From Bacteroidota bacterium (lineage in GTDB: Bacteria; Bacteroidota; Rhodothermia; Rhodothermales; Bin80): a stretch of 64,000 bases of DNA. The position numbers were made by a program, and so were the translations under genes. The stretch covers positions 20,013 through 84,012 of the forward strand of contig JAPPNA010000038.1 of assembly GCA_028873925.1 (NCBI GenBank), written 5' to 3'. Under the pieces are notes generated by a model. That model searched no databases, was not told the origin of the DNA, and saw only the letters and a list, made by a program, of their open reading frames with translations. Shown here in pieces: positions 1-8,423 of this stretch (position 1 is its first letter; each line of letters opens with the position of its first letter).

Positions 1-1987
1 TCGAAAAACTGAATCCGTGCGCGGTCAGCCAGTACTGCGCGGTGCGCGCACTTAAGCCGGTAAGGTCCGGCATGGAGTCCGGCGCTGCCAGGCGGGAGGT
101 GGCCCGGATGGCCCGTACCTGCGGCTCCACACGGAGCGACTCCCGCAGCAGCAACGTATGCGGGCGGGCATTCGTCGGTGCCGGCTCCAGCGACTCGGTC
201 AGTTCCGCCCAGCGCTCCTCGGCCCAGACCTGTACGGACGGACGGGGGTCTGCGGCGGGCGGCACAATGTCCGGCGGCGGGACCGGCAGTACCAGGTCTT
301 CCAGCGTTCCAATCCAGCGCTCGGCCACGCGACGAAAAATCGGTGCCGACACTGCTCCGCCGTAAATGCTGGTGCGCGGCTCATCCAGCACCACCACCAT
401 TGCGACCCGCGGGTCATCTGCGGGGAAGAAGCCTACAAAGGTGGACCGGTAACCGCCGCCATAGCGTCCGCTTACCACCTTTCGGGATGTGCCCGTCTTG
501 CCGGCCACGGGGAACTGCTCCATCTTGGCCCGACGCGCGGTACCGCGCTCCACCACATCAATAAAGGCGGGCAGCAGTTTGCGGGCTGTTTCCGCATCAA
601 ATACACGGCGCACTGAATCCTGACGCGCCGGATCCCGGGCCGCCGCCCAGAGCACATTGCCGGTCACATCGCGGCGCTCGGCGACCACATAGGGCTGATA
701 AAGCAGCCCTCCGTTGGCCAGCGCTGCATAGGCCATCACCAGCTGCAGCGGCGTAACATCAACCTCGTAGCCGATGCTCATGGAGGTGAGTGTTGTAGCG
801 CTCCACAGGTTGGTCTTCTTCAGAAAACCGGTAATCTCCCCCGGCAAATCAATCCAGGTCTTCTGCCCGAATCCGTAATTGCGTGCATAGCGGTACAGGT
901 CACCCGGCTGCATCTGCTGCGCGGTCTTTGCCATTCCGATATTGCTGCTGCGGACGATCACATCATGAAACGGAATCTCCCCGTACGGATTGGTATCGCG
1001 CATCGTGCGGCCATACAGCCTCAGGGTGCCGTTGCCGGTGTCAATGATGCGGTCCATCCGGGTCACACCCAGCTCAACCGCCGCGGTAGCCCCAACCAGT
1101 TTGAAGCTGGATCCCGGCTCCAGACGGTCCGTGATGGCGCTGTTGCGCCAGGCATCGGCCGGCGTGTCCTGCGGACGGTTCGGATCAAAAGAGGGCACAT
1201 TGGCCATCGCCAGGATCGCGCCGGTATGCGGATCTACGGCGATGGCGCTGCCGCGTTTGGCTCGCGCATCCCGAATGCCTTTGACGAGCTCTTCCTCCAG
1301 AATGGTCTGACGGATAAGATCTATAGTCAGTACGAGGGTCTGCCCGTCCTTGGGCGGGATGACCAGGGCTTCCACATCCACGCGGCGGTAGCCCAGGCGG
1401 TCTCGCAGCAGGGGCCTGCGGCCCGGAATGCCCTGGAGATACTTATCAAACGTCAGCTCCAGTCCGGCGCGGCCTACACCATCGATGTCCACATGACCCA
1501 GCACATGGCCGGCGGTACGACCGTAATTGTAGCGGCGCCGAAAGCGCTCCTCCATGATCACGCCGGGTACATCCCATAACTCCACTTCCGCGCGCTGATC
1601 CGGGGTCAGTTCAAGCAGTCGCACATACTGGGGACTGGCGCGTTCGTCAATCCGCCTGTTGAGTATGTGGGCAGAGGTACCCGTCAGGGTGGCCAGCCTG
1701 ACCAGAAAACTGTCCAGTTCTGATTCCAGACCCGGGAACGTCGGGTCAACGGCCACCTCATACCGGGGGGTGTTGACGACCAGTGCGCGTCCGCGCGCGT
1801 CAACGATATCCCCCCGCTTAGCGGACAGCACCACTTGGGACCGGGCCTGACGGTGGCCGCTTTCGCGCAGCGCGTCGCCATCCTTGAACTGGATCCAGAG
1901 CAGCTGCCCGCCAATCATCAACGGCAGCACCGCCAGCAGCATCAGCGCAATGTACATGCGCCCGACTATCTGGTCCCGGGTATTCAT
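1..1987 (-). CDS. ftsI: Class B penicillin-binding protein / peptidoglycan D,D-transpeptidase FtsI (5' end complete, 3' end runs off the window)
   Basis: Absent from the ORF track because it is open at the window edge. Hand translation from ATG 1987..1985 gives MNTRDQIVGRMYIALMLLAVLPLMIGGQLLWIQFKDGDALRE (TM anchor). It also contains QFPVAGKTGTSRKVV (KTG box, ~nt 470-517) and IGYEVDVTPLQLVMAYAALANGG (~nt 700-790). ATGA overlap with ftsL; canonical dcw gene order. Confidence 0.9.
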   Translation of the reverse strand, partial: MNTRDQIVGRMYIALMLLAVLPLMIGGQLLWIQFKDGDALRESGHRQARSQVVLSAKRGDIVDARGRALVVNTPRYEVAVDPTFPGLESELDSFLVRLATLTGTSAHILNRRIDERASPQYVRLLELTPDQRAEVELWDVPGVIMEERFRRRYNYGRTAGHVLGHVDIDGVGRAGLELTFDKYLQGIPGRRPLLRDRLGYRRVDVEALVIPPKDGQTLVLTIDLIRQTILEEELVKGIRDARAKRGSAIAVDPHTGAILAMANVPSFDPNRPQDTPADAWRNSAITDRLEPGSSFKLVGATAAVELGVTRMDRIIDTGNGTLRLYGRTMRDTNPYGEIPFHDVIVRSSNIGMAKTAQQMQPGDLYRYARNYGFGQKTWIDLPGEITGFLKKTNLWSATTLTSMSIGYEVDVTPLQLVMAYAALANGGLLYQPYVVAERRDVTGNVLWAAARDPARQDSVRRVFDAETARKLLPAFIDVVERGTARRAKMEQFPVAGKTGTSRKVVSGRYGGGYRSTFVGFFPADDPRVAMVVVLDEPRTSIYGGAVSAPIFRRVAERWIGTLEDLVLPVPPPDIVPPAADPRPSVQVWAEERWAELTESLEPAPTNARPHTLLLRESLRVEPQVRAIRATSRLAAPDSMPDLTGLSARTAQYWLTAHGFSFS

Positions 1988-2391
1988 GGAGCAGGCATCT
2001 CGGCTGGGTCAAGGATGGTCGCCGCATAGTCAAACCCCTCTTGAAGCCCCACACTTGGAGCGCGCTCGTAAATCACTACCGGCCCGACGGATTCGTTGTA
2101 CTGCCCCAACAGGCTGTTATGATGAAGGTGCAGGCGCAGGTTTTCGCGGCGCTCGGCCTGGAGGTCATCCAGCAGATCCTGGGAGTTGTAAACATGCCCG
2201 ATATAGATGGTCATCGCCCCGGCAACCGCAAAAACGAGCAGGGCGAACTTCCAGGTTGCCACGCGTGCGACAACACTCGGCTCTTTGGCGGTTTCGTCGA
2301 CAATCACCATTTCACGCCAGCGGCTGGCTGACCGCATCGCTCCGGCGAAGCGGCGGTGCCCGGCGGTCGGGTTGCGAAGGGATGTGCGCAT
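1984..2391 (-). CDS. ftsL: Cell division protein FtsL-like (small bitopic membrane protein)
   Basis: 135-aa ORF with one TM segment (WKFALLVFAVAGAMTIYIGHV) followed by a coiled-coil-like stretch. Located between rsmH and ftsI, overlapping or abutting both neighbours. Confidence 0.6.
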   Translation of the reverse strand: MRTSLRNPTAGHRRFAGAMRSASRWREMVIVDETAKEPSVVARVATWKFALLVFAVAGAMTIYIGHVYNSQDLLDDLQAERRENLRLHLHHNSLLGQYNESVGPVVIYERAPSVGLQEGFDYAATILDPAEMPAP

Positions 2392-2393
2392 GC

Positions 2394-3335
2394 CTAGGCC
2401 TGTCCGATTAGCGAAGGATTGATTCGGCGTTCGGCGGCCCGCAATCGTGCGCTCCGTGCCCGGTTGTTTGCCCGGATTTCCGCCTCATCGGGCCGTATCG
2501 GAGCATTCGTGAGCATCCTCCAGGGGCTCAGCGACACTCCGGTGATGGGGTGCACATTGGGCGTACGCGAGAGCGAGCCGTGCCGGAACACCCGTTTTAC
2601 CTGACGATCCTCCCCCGAATGGTAGCTGATGGCCACGCACCGCCCGGCCTCCCGCATAAGCCCGGCAGCCGCCTTCAATACGGCGGCCAGTTGCGTCATT
2701 TCCTGATTGACCTCCATGCGGATGGCCTGGAAGCTGCAGGACAGCACTTTTACCGCTTTCCTTGCGGGCACGCTGCGGCGGATTGCCGCGGCCAGCTCTC
2801 CGGTTGTCGTCAGCGGCCGCGCCCTGATGATTTGTCGTGCCACCCGGGCAGCATGCGGGACATCTCCCAGCCGGCGCAGCAGCTGTGTCAGATCCTGCTG
2901 TGAGTACCTGTTGACCACCTCGCCCGCGGTGAGCCTGGACTGCCGGTCCATCCGCATGTCCAGTCCTGCGTCATGCCGATAGCTGAAGCCCCGCTGCGCC
3001 GTATCAATCTGATGTGAGGACACGCCAAGATCCAGCAGCAATCCGCAGACCGGCACAAAGTCCGCCACCAGATCGGGCAGATCACCGAAGCACCCCTGCC
3101 GCACCACCAGGCTTCCGTCCGCGATCCGGTCCGCCAGGCGATAGCGGACCTGCGCGATGGCATCCGGGTCGCGATCAATGGCAACCACGCGCCCACGAGC
3201 GGTCAGCTCGCCCAGGATGGCGGCGGTGTGACCGCCACCGCCAGCGGTTGCATCCACATAGGTACCGCCGGTGGCCGTGACCAGGTACGCGGTTGCTGTG
3301 TTCAGCATCACGGGAATGTGGTACCTGTTGCTCAT
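2394..3335 (-). CDS. rsmH: 16S rRNA (cytosine1402-N4)-methyltransferase RsmH (MraW)
   Basis: 313 aa. N-terminus HIPVMLNTATAYL...YVDATAGGGGHTAAIL is the RsmH SAM-binding signature. ATGA overlap with mraZ. Confidence 0.93.
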   Translation of the reverse strand: MSNRYHIPVMLNTATAYLVTATGGTYVDATAGGGGHTAAILGELTARGRVVAIDRDPDAIAQVRYRLADRIADGSLVVRQGCFGDLPDLVADFVPVCGLLLDLGVSSHQIDTAQRGFSYRHDAGLDMRMDRQSRLTAGEVVNRYSQQDLTQLLRRLGDVPHAARVARQIIRARPLTTTGELAAAIRRSVPARKAVKVLSCSFQAIRMEVNQEMTQLAAVLKAAAGLMREAGRCVAISYHSGEDRQVKRVFRHGSLSRTPNVHPITGVSLSPWRMLTNAPIRPDEAEIRANNRARSARLRAAERRINPSLIGQA

Positions 3336-3787
3336 GAATCCCCCATAACTGTGCGCGCCAGTGTCTGGAAGTCGGCTGCCCGCTCGGCGATGTGGGCATC
3401 GTAGGTGGCCGGATCCCAGAATTCAATCCATCGCAGAGCCCCGATAATCAGGACCCGATCCTTAACCCCGGCAAACTCCACCAGCGGCTTCGGCAGCATC
3501 ACTCGGCTCTGGCTGTCCATGGTGACTTCCTCCGCCTGGCTGAGCATCAGTCGAATGAAGTCCCGATGGTCAGGATTATAGATGCTCAGGGCACTGATTT
3601 CGGCTTCCTGCTTGCGCCAGACTGAAAGCGGATAGGCCAGAATGCACTGGTCAAAGCCGCGCACCACGGTAAAGGTCTTCTGATCCTCAGGCAGGAGCAC
3701 CTGACGCATCTTCGCCGGGATCGCCGCGCGACCCTTGCTATCAACGGAATAGGTAGCCTGTCCCTTAAAGCCGCCCATCACATACAA
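3332..3787 (-). CDS. mraZ: Transcriptional regulator MraZ
   Basis: 151 aa. FKGQATYSVDSKGRAAIPAKMRQVL and a second SpoVT/AbrB-like half (MDSQSRVMLPKPLVEFAG). First gene of the dcw cluster. The true start may be the internal Met at MGGFKG (3778). Confidence 0.9.
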   Translation of the reverse strand: MYVMGGFKGQATYSVDSKGRAAIPAKMRQVLLPEDQKTFTVVRGFDQCILAYPLSVWRKQEAEISALSIYNPDHRDFIRLMLSQAEEVTMDSQSRVMLPKPLVEFAGVKDRVLIIGALRWIEFWDPATYDAHIAERAADFQTLARTVMGDS

Positions 3788-3826
3788 AAATCAGTTGAAG
3801 GCAGTGAGTAAATATAGAAACCTATA

Positions 3827-3851
3827 CCCACAATTCCCCACAATTCCCCAC
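3827..3851 (-). promoter_or_regulatory. Candidate MraZ operator: three GTGGG direct repeats at exact 10-bp phasing upstream of mraZ
   Basis: Plus strand reads CCCAC-AATTC-CCCAC-AATTC-CCCAC (3827..3851). This is GTGGG x3 on the mraZ strand, 40-64 nt upstream of the annotated start. A fourth CCCAC lies at 3888..3892. Confidence 0.5.
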
Positions 3852-4098
3852 CAATATATCACAATTTCTTCAAACTGCCCACAAATGCCGCTTTTATGCG
3901 CATAAATCCGCGAAAAACAGCAGTTTTGGGCGGGTCAGATGGGGGTGATTGTGCTTGGCGGGCCGTTTCCAGGGTTACAGCTCTGGCACGGAGGCACCGG
4001 CTGTGACGTTCAATCCGCGAATATTTCGCACGATTCGGGTTGCAGTCCGTCCCGCAAGGTGATATTATTGGCGGGCTGCCATCTGAATCAGACCACGC

Positions 4099-6681
4099 AT
4101 GACTCCGAAACCTGTCACCACTTTCACGGCTGTCCCGTCACTGCCGCCGGCCATTGAGCGGCTGCGGGAGCTGGCTTACAACGTTCGGTGGGCCTGGCAT
4201 GAGGACACCCTGGATCTTTTCCGGCGGCTGGATCCTCAGCTGTGGACCGCTACGGGCCACAACCCGGTTCGGCTCCTGGGTACCATCCCGCGGCAGCGCT
4301 TGGTGGAAGCCGCCGCAGACGAGGGATTCCTGGCCCAGTTTGAGGATGTGTGCGACGACTTTGATAGGTACATGGATCCGAACGGAACCTGGTATGCGCG
4401 TCACGGCCGGTCAGACGGGCTGCTGACTGCCTACTTTTCCGCAGAATTCGGGGTCACCGAATGCATGCCGATATTCGCGGGCGGGCTGGGGGTGCTGGCC
4501 GGTGATCACCTCAAGAGCGCCAGTGATCTGGGGATTCCCATTGTGGGTGTCGGTCTTATGTACCAGCAGGGTTACTTCCGTCAGCATCTGGATGCTTCCG
4601 GCTGGCAGCAGGAGACGTACCAGGAAAATGACTGCGCCAATCTGCCGCTCATCCTGGAGTGCGATGACCGGGGCCGGCCGCTGCAGGTCGCGGTTGATTA
4701 CAAACAGCGTCCGGTATATTCCCGAATCTGGCACCTTCAGGTAGGCCGGGTGCCGCTGTATCTGCTGGACACGAATTTTGAGTCCAACCTCCGTGATGAG
4801 GATCGGGATCTGACGGATTATCTGTACGGGGGCGGCAACGAGTTGCGCGTTCGTCAGGAGATCATGCTTGGAATCGGCGGCTATCGCGCATTGAAGCTCC
4901 TGAACCTGCACCCCAGGGTGTACCATGTCAACGAGGGTCACTCGGCGTTTCTGGCGCTGGAGCACATTCGTGAGCTGATGCGGTCACATCAGATGTCCTT
5001 TGACGAAGCGCAGGTAGCCGCGTCCGCGAGCGTGGTCTTCACCACCCACACGCCGGTGGAAGCCGGCCATGACCGGTTCCCGCCGGATCTGATGGACCGC
5101 TACATGGTGTCGTACGCCAAGGATGATCTCAAGCTGTCCCGCCGCGATTTTCTTGCGCTCGGCCGCAAAAACGCCGACAGGGACGATGAATTTTTTGGCA
5201 TGACCAAACTTGCCTTGCGCATGAGCGCCTCCAGTAACGGTGTCGCTCACCTGCACGGCCAGGTCAGCCGGGCCATGTGGCAGCGGCTCTGGCCTGATCT
5301 GCCCGAAAACGAGGTTCCGATCGGGCATGTAACCAACGGCATTCATATTGCCTCCTGGGTGTCTGCTGACCTTAAGCAGCTTCTGGACCGCTACATCGGA
5401 CGCCGCTGGCGTGACGAACCGTGTGATGTGTCTGTCTGGAGCAGTGTCAGTCAGATTCCCGATCATGTTCTTTGGCAGACCCATGTCCGACGGCGTGAGC
5501 GTCTGGTCAACATGGCACGGTTGGCCCTTCAGCAGCAGTTGGAGCACATCGGTGCGCCCCGGGTGGAAATTGATCGGGCGGCCGGAGTTCTGGATCCGAA
5601 CACGCTGACGATCGGGTTTGCGCGGCGGTTTGCGACCTACAAGCGGGCCACCCTTCTGCTGCACGACCGGGAACGTCTTGAGCGCATACTCAACAATCAG
5701 GAGCGTCCGGTCCAGATTCTCTTCGCCGGCAAGGCGCACCCGCGGGACCATCCGGGCAAAGAGCTCATTCAGCAGATCGTGGCTTTATCGCGTACGCCTG
5801 CGTTCCGGCATCGGGTGGTGTTTCTGGAGGATTACGACATGTCCATTGCCCGGTATCTGCTACAGGGGGCGGACCTGTGGCTCAACACGCCCCGGCGGCC
5901 CCGGGAGGCCAGCGGGACCAGCGGCATGAAGGCCGCGGCCAATGGCGGTCTGAATTTCAGCATCCTGGACGGATGGTGGGAGGAGGGGTTTGATCCCGAT
6001 ATCGGATGGGCCATCGGGGATGGCCGTTTCTATGAAGACTCGGCCTACCAGGACGAAATCGATGTCAACAGTCTCTACGACCGGTTGGAATATGACATCC
6101 TTCCGATGTTTTATGACCGTTCGGCGGAAGGGCTGCCATTGGAATGGATACAGCGCATGAAGCGCTCCATTGCCACCTACAGCGCGATGTTCAATTCGCA
6201 CCGAATGATCAGTCAGTATGTGGAATCAGCCTACCTCACGGCTGCGGAGCGCGCGGTACGCCTGTCGGACGACAATTTTGTACCGGCACGGCAGCTGGCC
6301 GCCTGGCAGGCCCGTGTGGCAAGGGCGTGGCCCCAGGTTGCCGTGGATCTTGACACCGGTCATCTGCCGGAGAAGCAGATCGTTGGCGAAGCCTTTGGCG
6401 TGCAAGCCCGAGTCCATCTCGGCGCGCTTACGCCGGATGATGTGGAGGTTCAGCTGTATCTGGGACGTGTGACCTCCAAAGGCGCTATTGTTGAGCCGCA
6501 GCTTTCGGTCATGACACCTGTGCGCGCCATCGATCAGTACTCCTACCTGTATGAAGCCTCGGATGTCCGATGCCACACCAGCGGTTCGCTCGGCTACACG
6601 GTGCGCGTGCTGCCCAAGCACCCTGATCTTGTATCCAGTTTCTCTCCGGGCCTGGTAACCTGGGCCAACGGCGCGGGCTAA
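4099..6681 (+). CDS. glgP: Alpha-glucan phosphorylase (GT35 family, GlgP-type with DUF3417-like N-terminus)
   Basis: 860 aa. GGLGVLAGDHLKSASDLGIPIVGVGLMYQQGYFRQ, FTTHTPVEAGHD, GKAHPRD and EASGTSGMKAAANG (PLP-lysine region) are typical of the family. Confidence 0.88.
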   Translation: MTPKPVTTFTAVPSLPPAIERLRELAYNVRWAWHEDTLDLFRRLDPQLWTATGHNPVRLLGTIPRQRLVEAAADEGFLAQFEDVCDDFDRYMDPNGTWYARHGRSDGLLTAYFSAEFGVTECMPIFAGGLGVLAGDHLKSASDLGIPIVGVGLMYQQGYFRQHLDASGWQQETYQENDCANLPLILECDDRGRPLQVAVDYKQRPVYSRIWHLQVGRVPLYLLDTNFESNLRDEDRDLTDYLYGGGNELRVRQEIMLGIGGYRALKLLNLHPRVYHVNEGHSAFLALEHIRELMRSHQMSFDEAQVAASASVVFTTHTPVEAGHDRFPPDLMDRYMVSYAKDDLKLSRRDFLALGRKNADRDDEFFGMTKLALRMSASSNGVAHLHGQVSRAMWQRLWPDLPENEVPIGHVTNGIHIASWVSADLKQLLDRYIGRRWRDEPCDVSVWSSVSQIPDHVLWQTHVRRRERLVNMARLALQQQLEHIGAPRVEIDRAAGVLDPNTLTIGFARRFATYKRATLLLHDRERLERILNNQERPVQILFAGKAHPRDHPGKELIQQIVALSRTPAFRHRVVFLEDYDMSIARYLLQGADLWLNTPRRPREASGTSGMKAAANGGLNFSILDGWWEEGFDPDIGWAIGDGRFYEDSAYQDEIDVNSLYDRLEYDILPMFYDRSAEGLPLEWIQRMKRSIATYSAMFNSHRMISQYVESAYLTAAERAVRLSDDNFVPARQLAAWQARVARAWPQVAVDLDTGHLPEKQIVGEAFGVQARVHLGALTPDDVEVQLYLGRVTSKGAIVEPQLSVMTPVRAIDQYSYLYEASDVRCHTSGSLGYTVRVLPKHPDLVSSFSPGLVTWANGAG

Positions 6682-8423
6682 TCTGCCACCCGGTCCACAT
6701 ACACAAAGTACGCCCCGCGTTCCCGGCCATCCGGCAGGGTGAGCCAGGTCTGCACGGTGGTCGGTCCGGCTTCAAGTTCCAAGGCGAATCTGGCTGCGGT
6801 CTGGTCGGCTGTGACCTCCTGGCTCAGCTGCTGATCCCCAACCCGGATCCGGGCCTCGGTGGCTTCCATCGTGCTGTCCATGTGGGCTGGCCACCGGCGC
6901 AATTCAAATTCATAGGTCCCGGCCATCTCCACATCAACCGCCCAGAAGCCGTTGCCGATCATGCCGCGTTCCACCTGTCGGTGGTTCCATACCGACTGTG
7001 ACTGAGCGGTCACCTGCCAGTCGTGCGGATTCAGAAACGTCGGCTGCTCACGATCAGACCCGAGTCCGATACGCACATTCATGTCAAAGGTCGGTGACAG
7101 ATGGGTCCACCATGTTTCGTAAGCGGCGCGCAGGCTGTCTGCAACGGCAGGGTGCATTGAGGCCACATCCCGGGACTGACCGGGATCCGCCAGAATGTCG
7201 TAGAGCTCCACCTGATTGACCAGGCGCCAGCGGTCCGTCAGGACCGCAGACTTACGCCATTTGATGGGGTCTGGAACCCGTTGTGAGTGCACAAACAGGG
7301 TGCGCTCTGGCATAGCCTCACCGCGCAGGGCAGGCACTAGACTTACCCCATCCAGATCTCCAGACAGCTCCAGGCCGCACAGCTGCGCCAGCGTGGGCAG
7401 TATGTCAATATGAGCCGCCAGCAGCGGCACATCCCGTCCGCCGGCCAGATCCCCGTCGGACCAGCGCAGAAAAAACGGAACACGGTGTCCACCATCATAC
7501 TCGGAACCCTTGCCCTGACGCATACCCGCGTTGAATCCTTCCCAAGTGCCCTCCTGGTCGCGCCAGTTGGCCCAACCCTCCGCCGAGCCGTTGTCCGTCA
7601 TGAAGATCAGCATCGTGTTGTCCGCCAGATTCAGCTCACCCAGGCGCGCCAGGAGATGCCCCATATTGTCATCAATATTGGTAATCATGCCACTGAATCT
7701 CGCCATGGTTTCCGGGAAGCCCAGATCCCGATACGGCTGCGCATACCGTTCGTCCACATAGTACGGACCGTGCGGCGCATTGGTGGACAGGTACAGAAAG
7801 AACGGCTCCGCCTGGTGTGTTTCAATAAAGCGCAGTGCGTCGTCAAACCAGACATCGGTCACATACCCGGCGGTCTGCTCCAGACCAACCCCACTGCGCA
7901 TGTACACATCATCAAAGTAGTCGTTGCCGAAATAGTCCGGCCCCTGCCCCACGCCGCCGGCCGGGTGATAGAAGGCTGTATCAAAACCCTGGTCCTGCGG
8001 GCGCAGCGGATAATTGTCCCCCAAGTGCCACTTACCCATCATTCCGGTACGGTAGCCATGCGCGGCAAACACTTCCGCCATCGTCACTTCTTCCGGGGCC
8101 ATCAGCGAGCGCCCCATGATGGTATGCCAGACACCCGTACGGGTGGAATACCGGCCGGTCAGCAGCGCCGCTCGGGTCGGTGAGCAGGTCGGATCCACAT
8201 GAAAGTCTGTCAGGCGAATGCTTTCGCTGTGGAGCCTGTCCAGGACCGGAGTCCGGATATGGGGGTGGCCGTGCGCGCCGATATCGCCATAGCCCTGATC
8301 ATCGGTAATGATCAGAATTACATTCGGGGGCGGCTGCGCGGGCCGCCCGCAGCCTGCCATCAGCAGCAGTCCGGCGGCAAAAACTGCACGGCAGATACTT
8401 GGGCGCATTTCTCTACTGACCAC
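6678..8423 (-). CDS. Arylsulfatase-family sulfatase (Cys-type, lipoprotein signal)
   Basis: 581 aa. Lipobox LLLMAGC, then NVILIITDDQGYGDIGAHG and the formylglycine motif CSPTRAALLTGRY. Confidence 0.88.
   Translation of the reverse strand: MVSREMRPSICRAVFAAGLLLMAGCGRPAQPPPNVILIITDDQGYGDIGAHGHPHIRTPVLDRLHSESIRLTDFHVDPTCSPTRAALLTGRYSTRTGVWHTIMGRSLMAPEEVTMAEVFAAHGYRTGMMGKWHLGDNYPLRPQDQGFDTAFYHPAGGVGQGPDYFGNDYFDDVYMRSGVGLEQTAGYVTDVWFDDALRFIETHQAEPFFLYLSTNAPHGPYYVDERYAQPYRDLGFPETMARFSGMITNIDDNMGHLLARLGELNLADNTMLIFMTDNGSAEGWANWRDQEGTWEGFNAGMRQGKGSEYDGGHRVPFFLRWSDGDLAGGRDVPLLAAHIDILPTLAQLCGLELSGDLDGVSLVPALRGEAMPERTLFVHSQRVPDPIKWRKSAVLTDRWRLVNQVELYDILADPGQSRDVASMHPAVADSLRAAYETWWTHLSPTFDMNVRIGLGSDREQPTFLNPHDWQVTAQSQSVWNHRQVERGMIGNGFWAVDVEMAGTYEFELRRWPAHMDSTMEATEARIRVGDQQLSQEVTADQTAARFALELEAGPTTVQTWLTLPDGRERGAYFVYVDRVAD

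Noticed and set aside
42-1579. Several 60-200-aa plus-strand ORFs at the left edge
   Set aside because: They overlap the minus-strand ftsI reading frame, which shows KTG and other PBP motifs. They have no motifs of their own.
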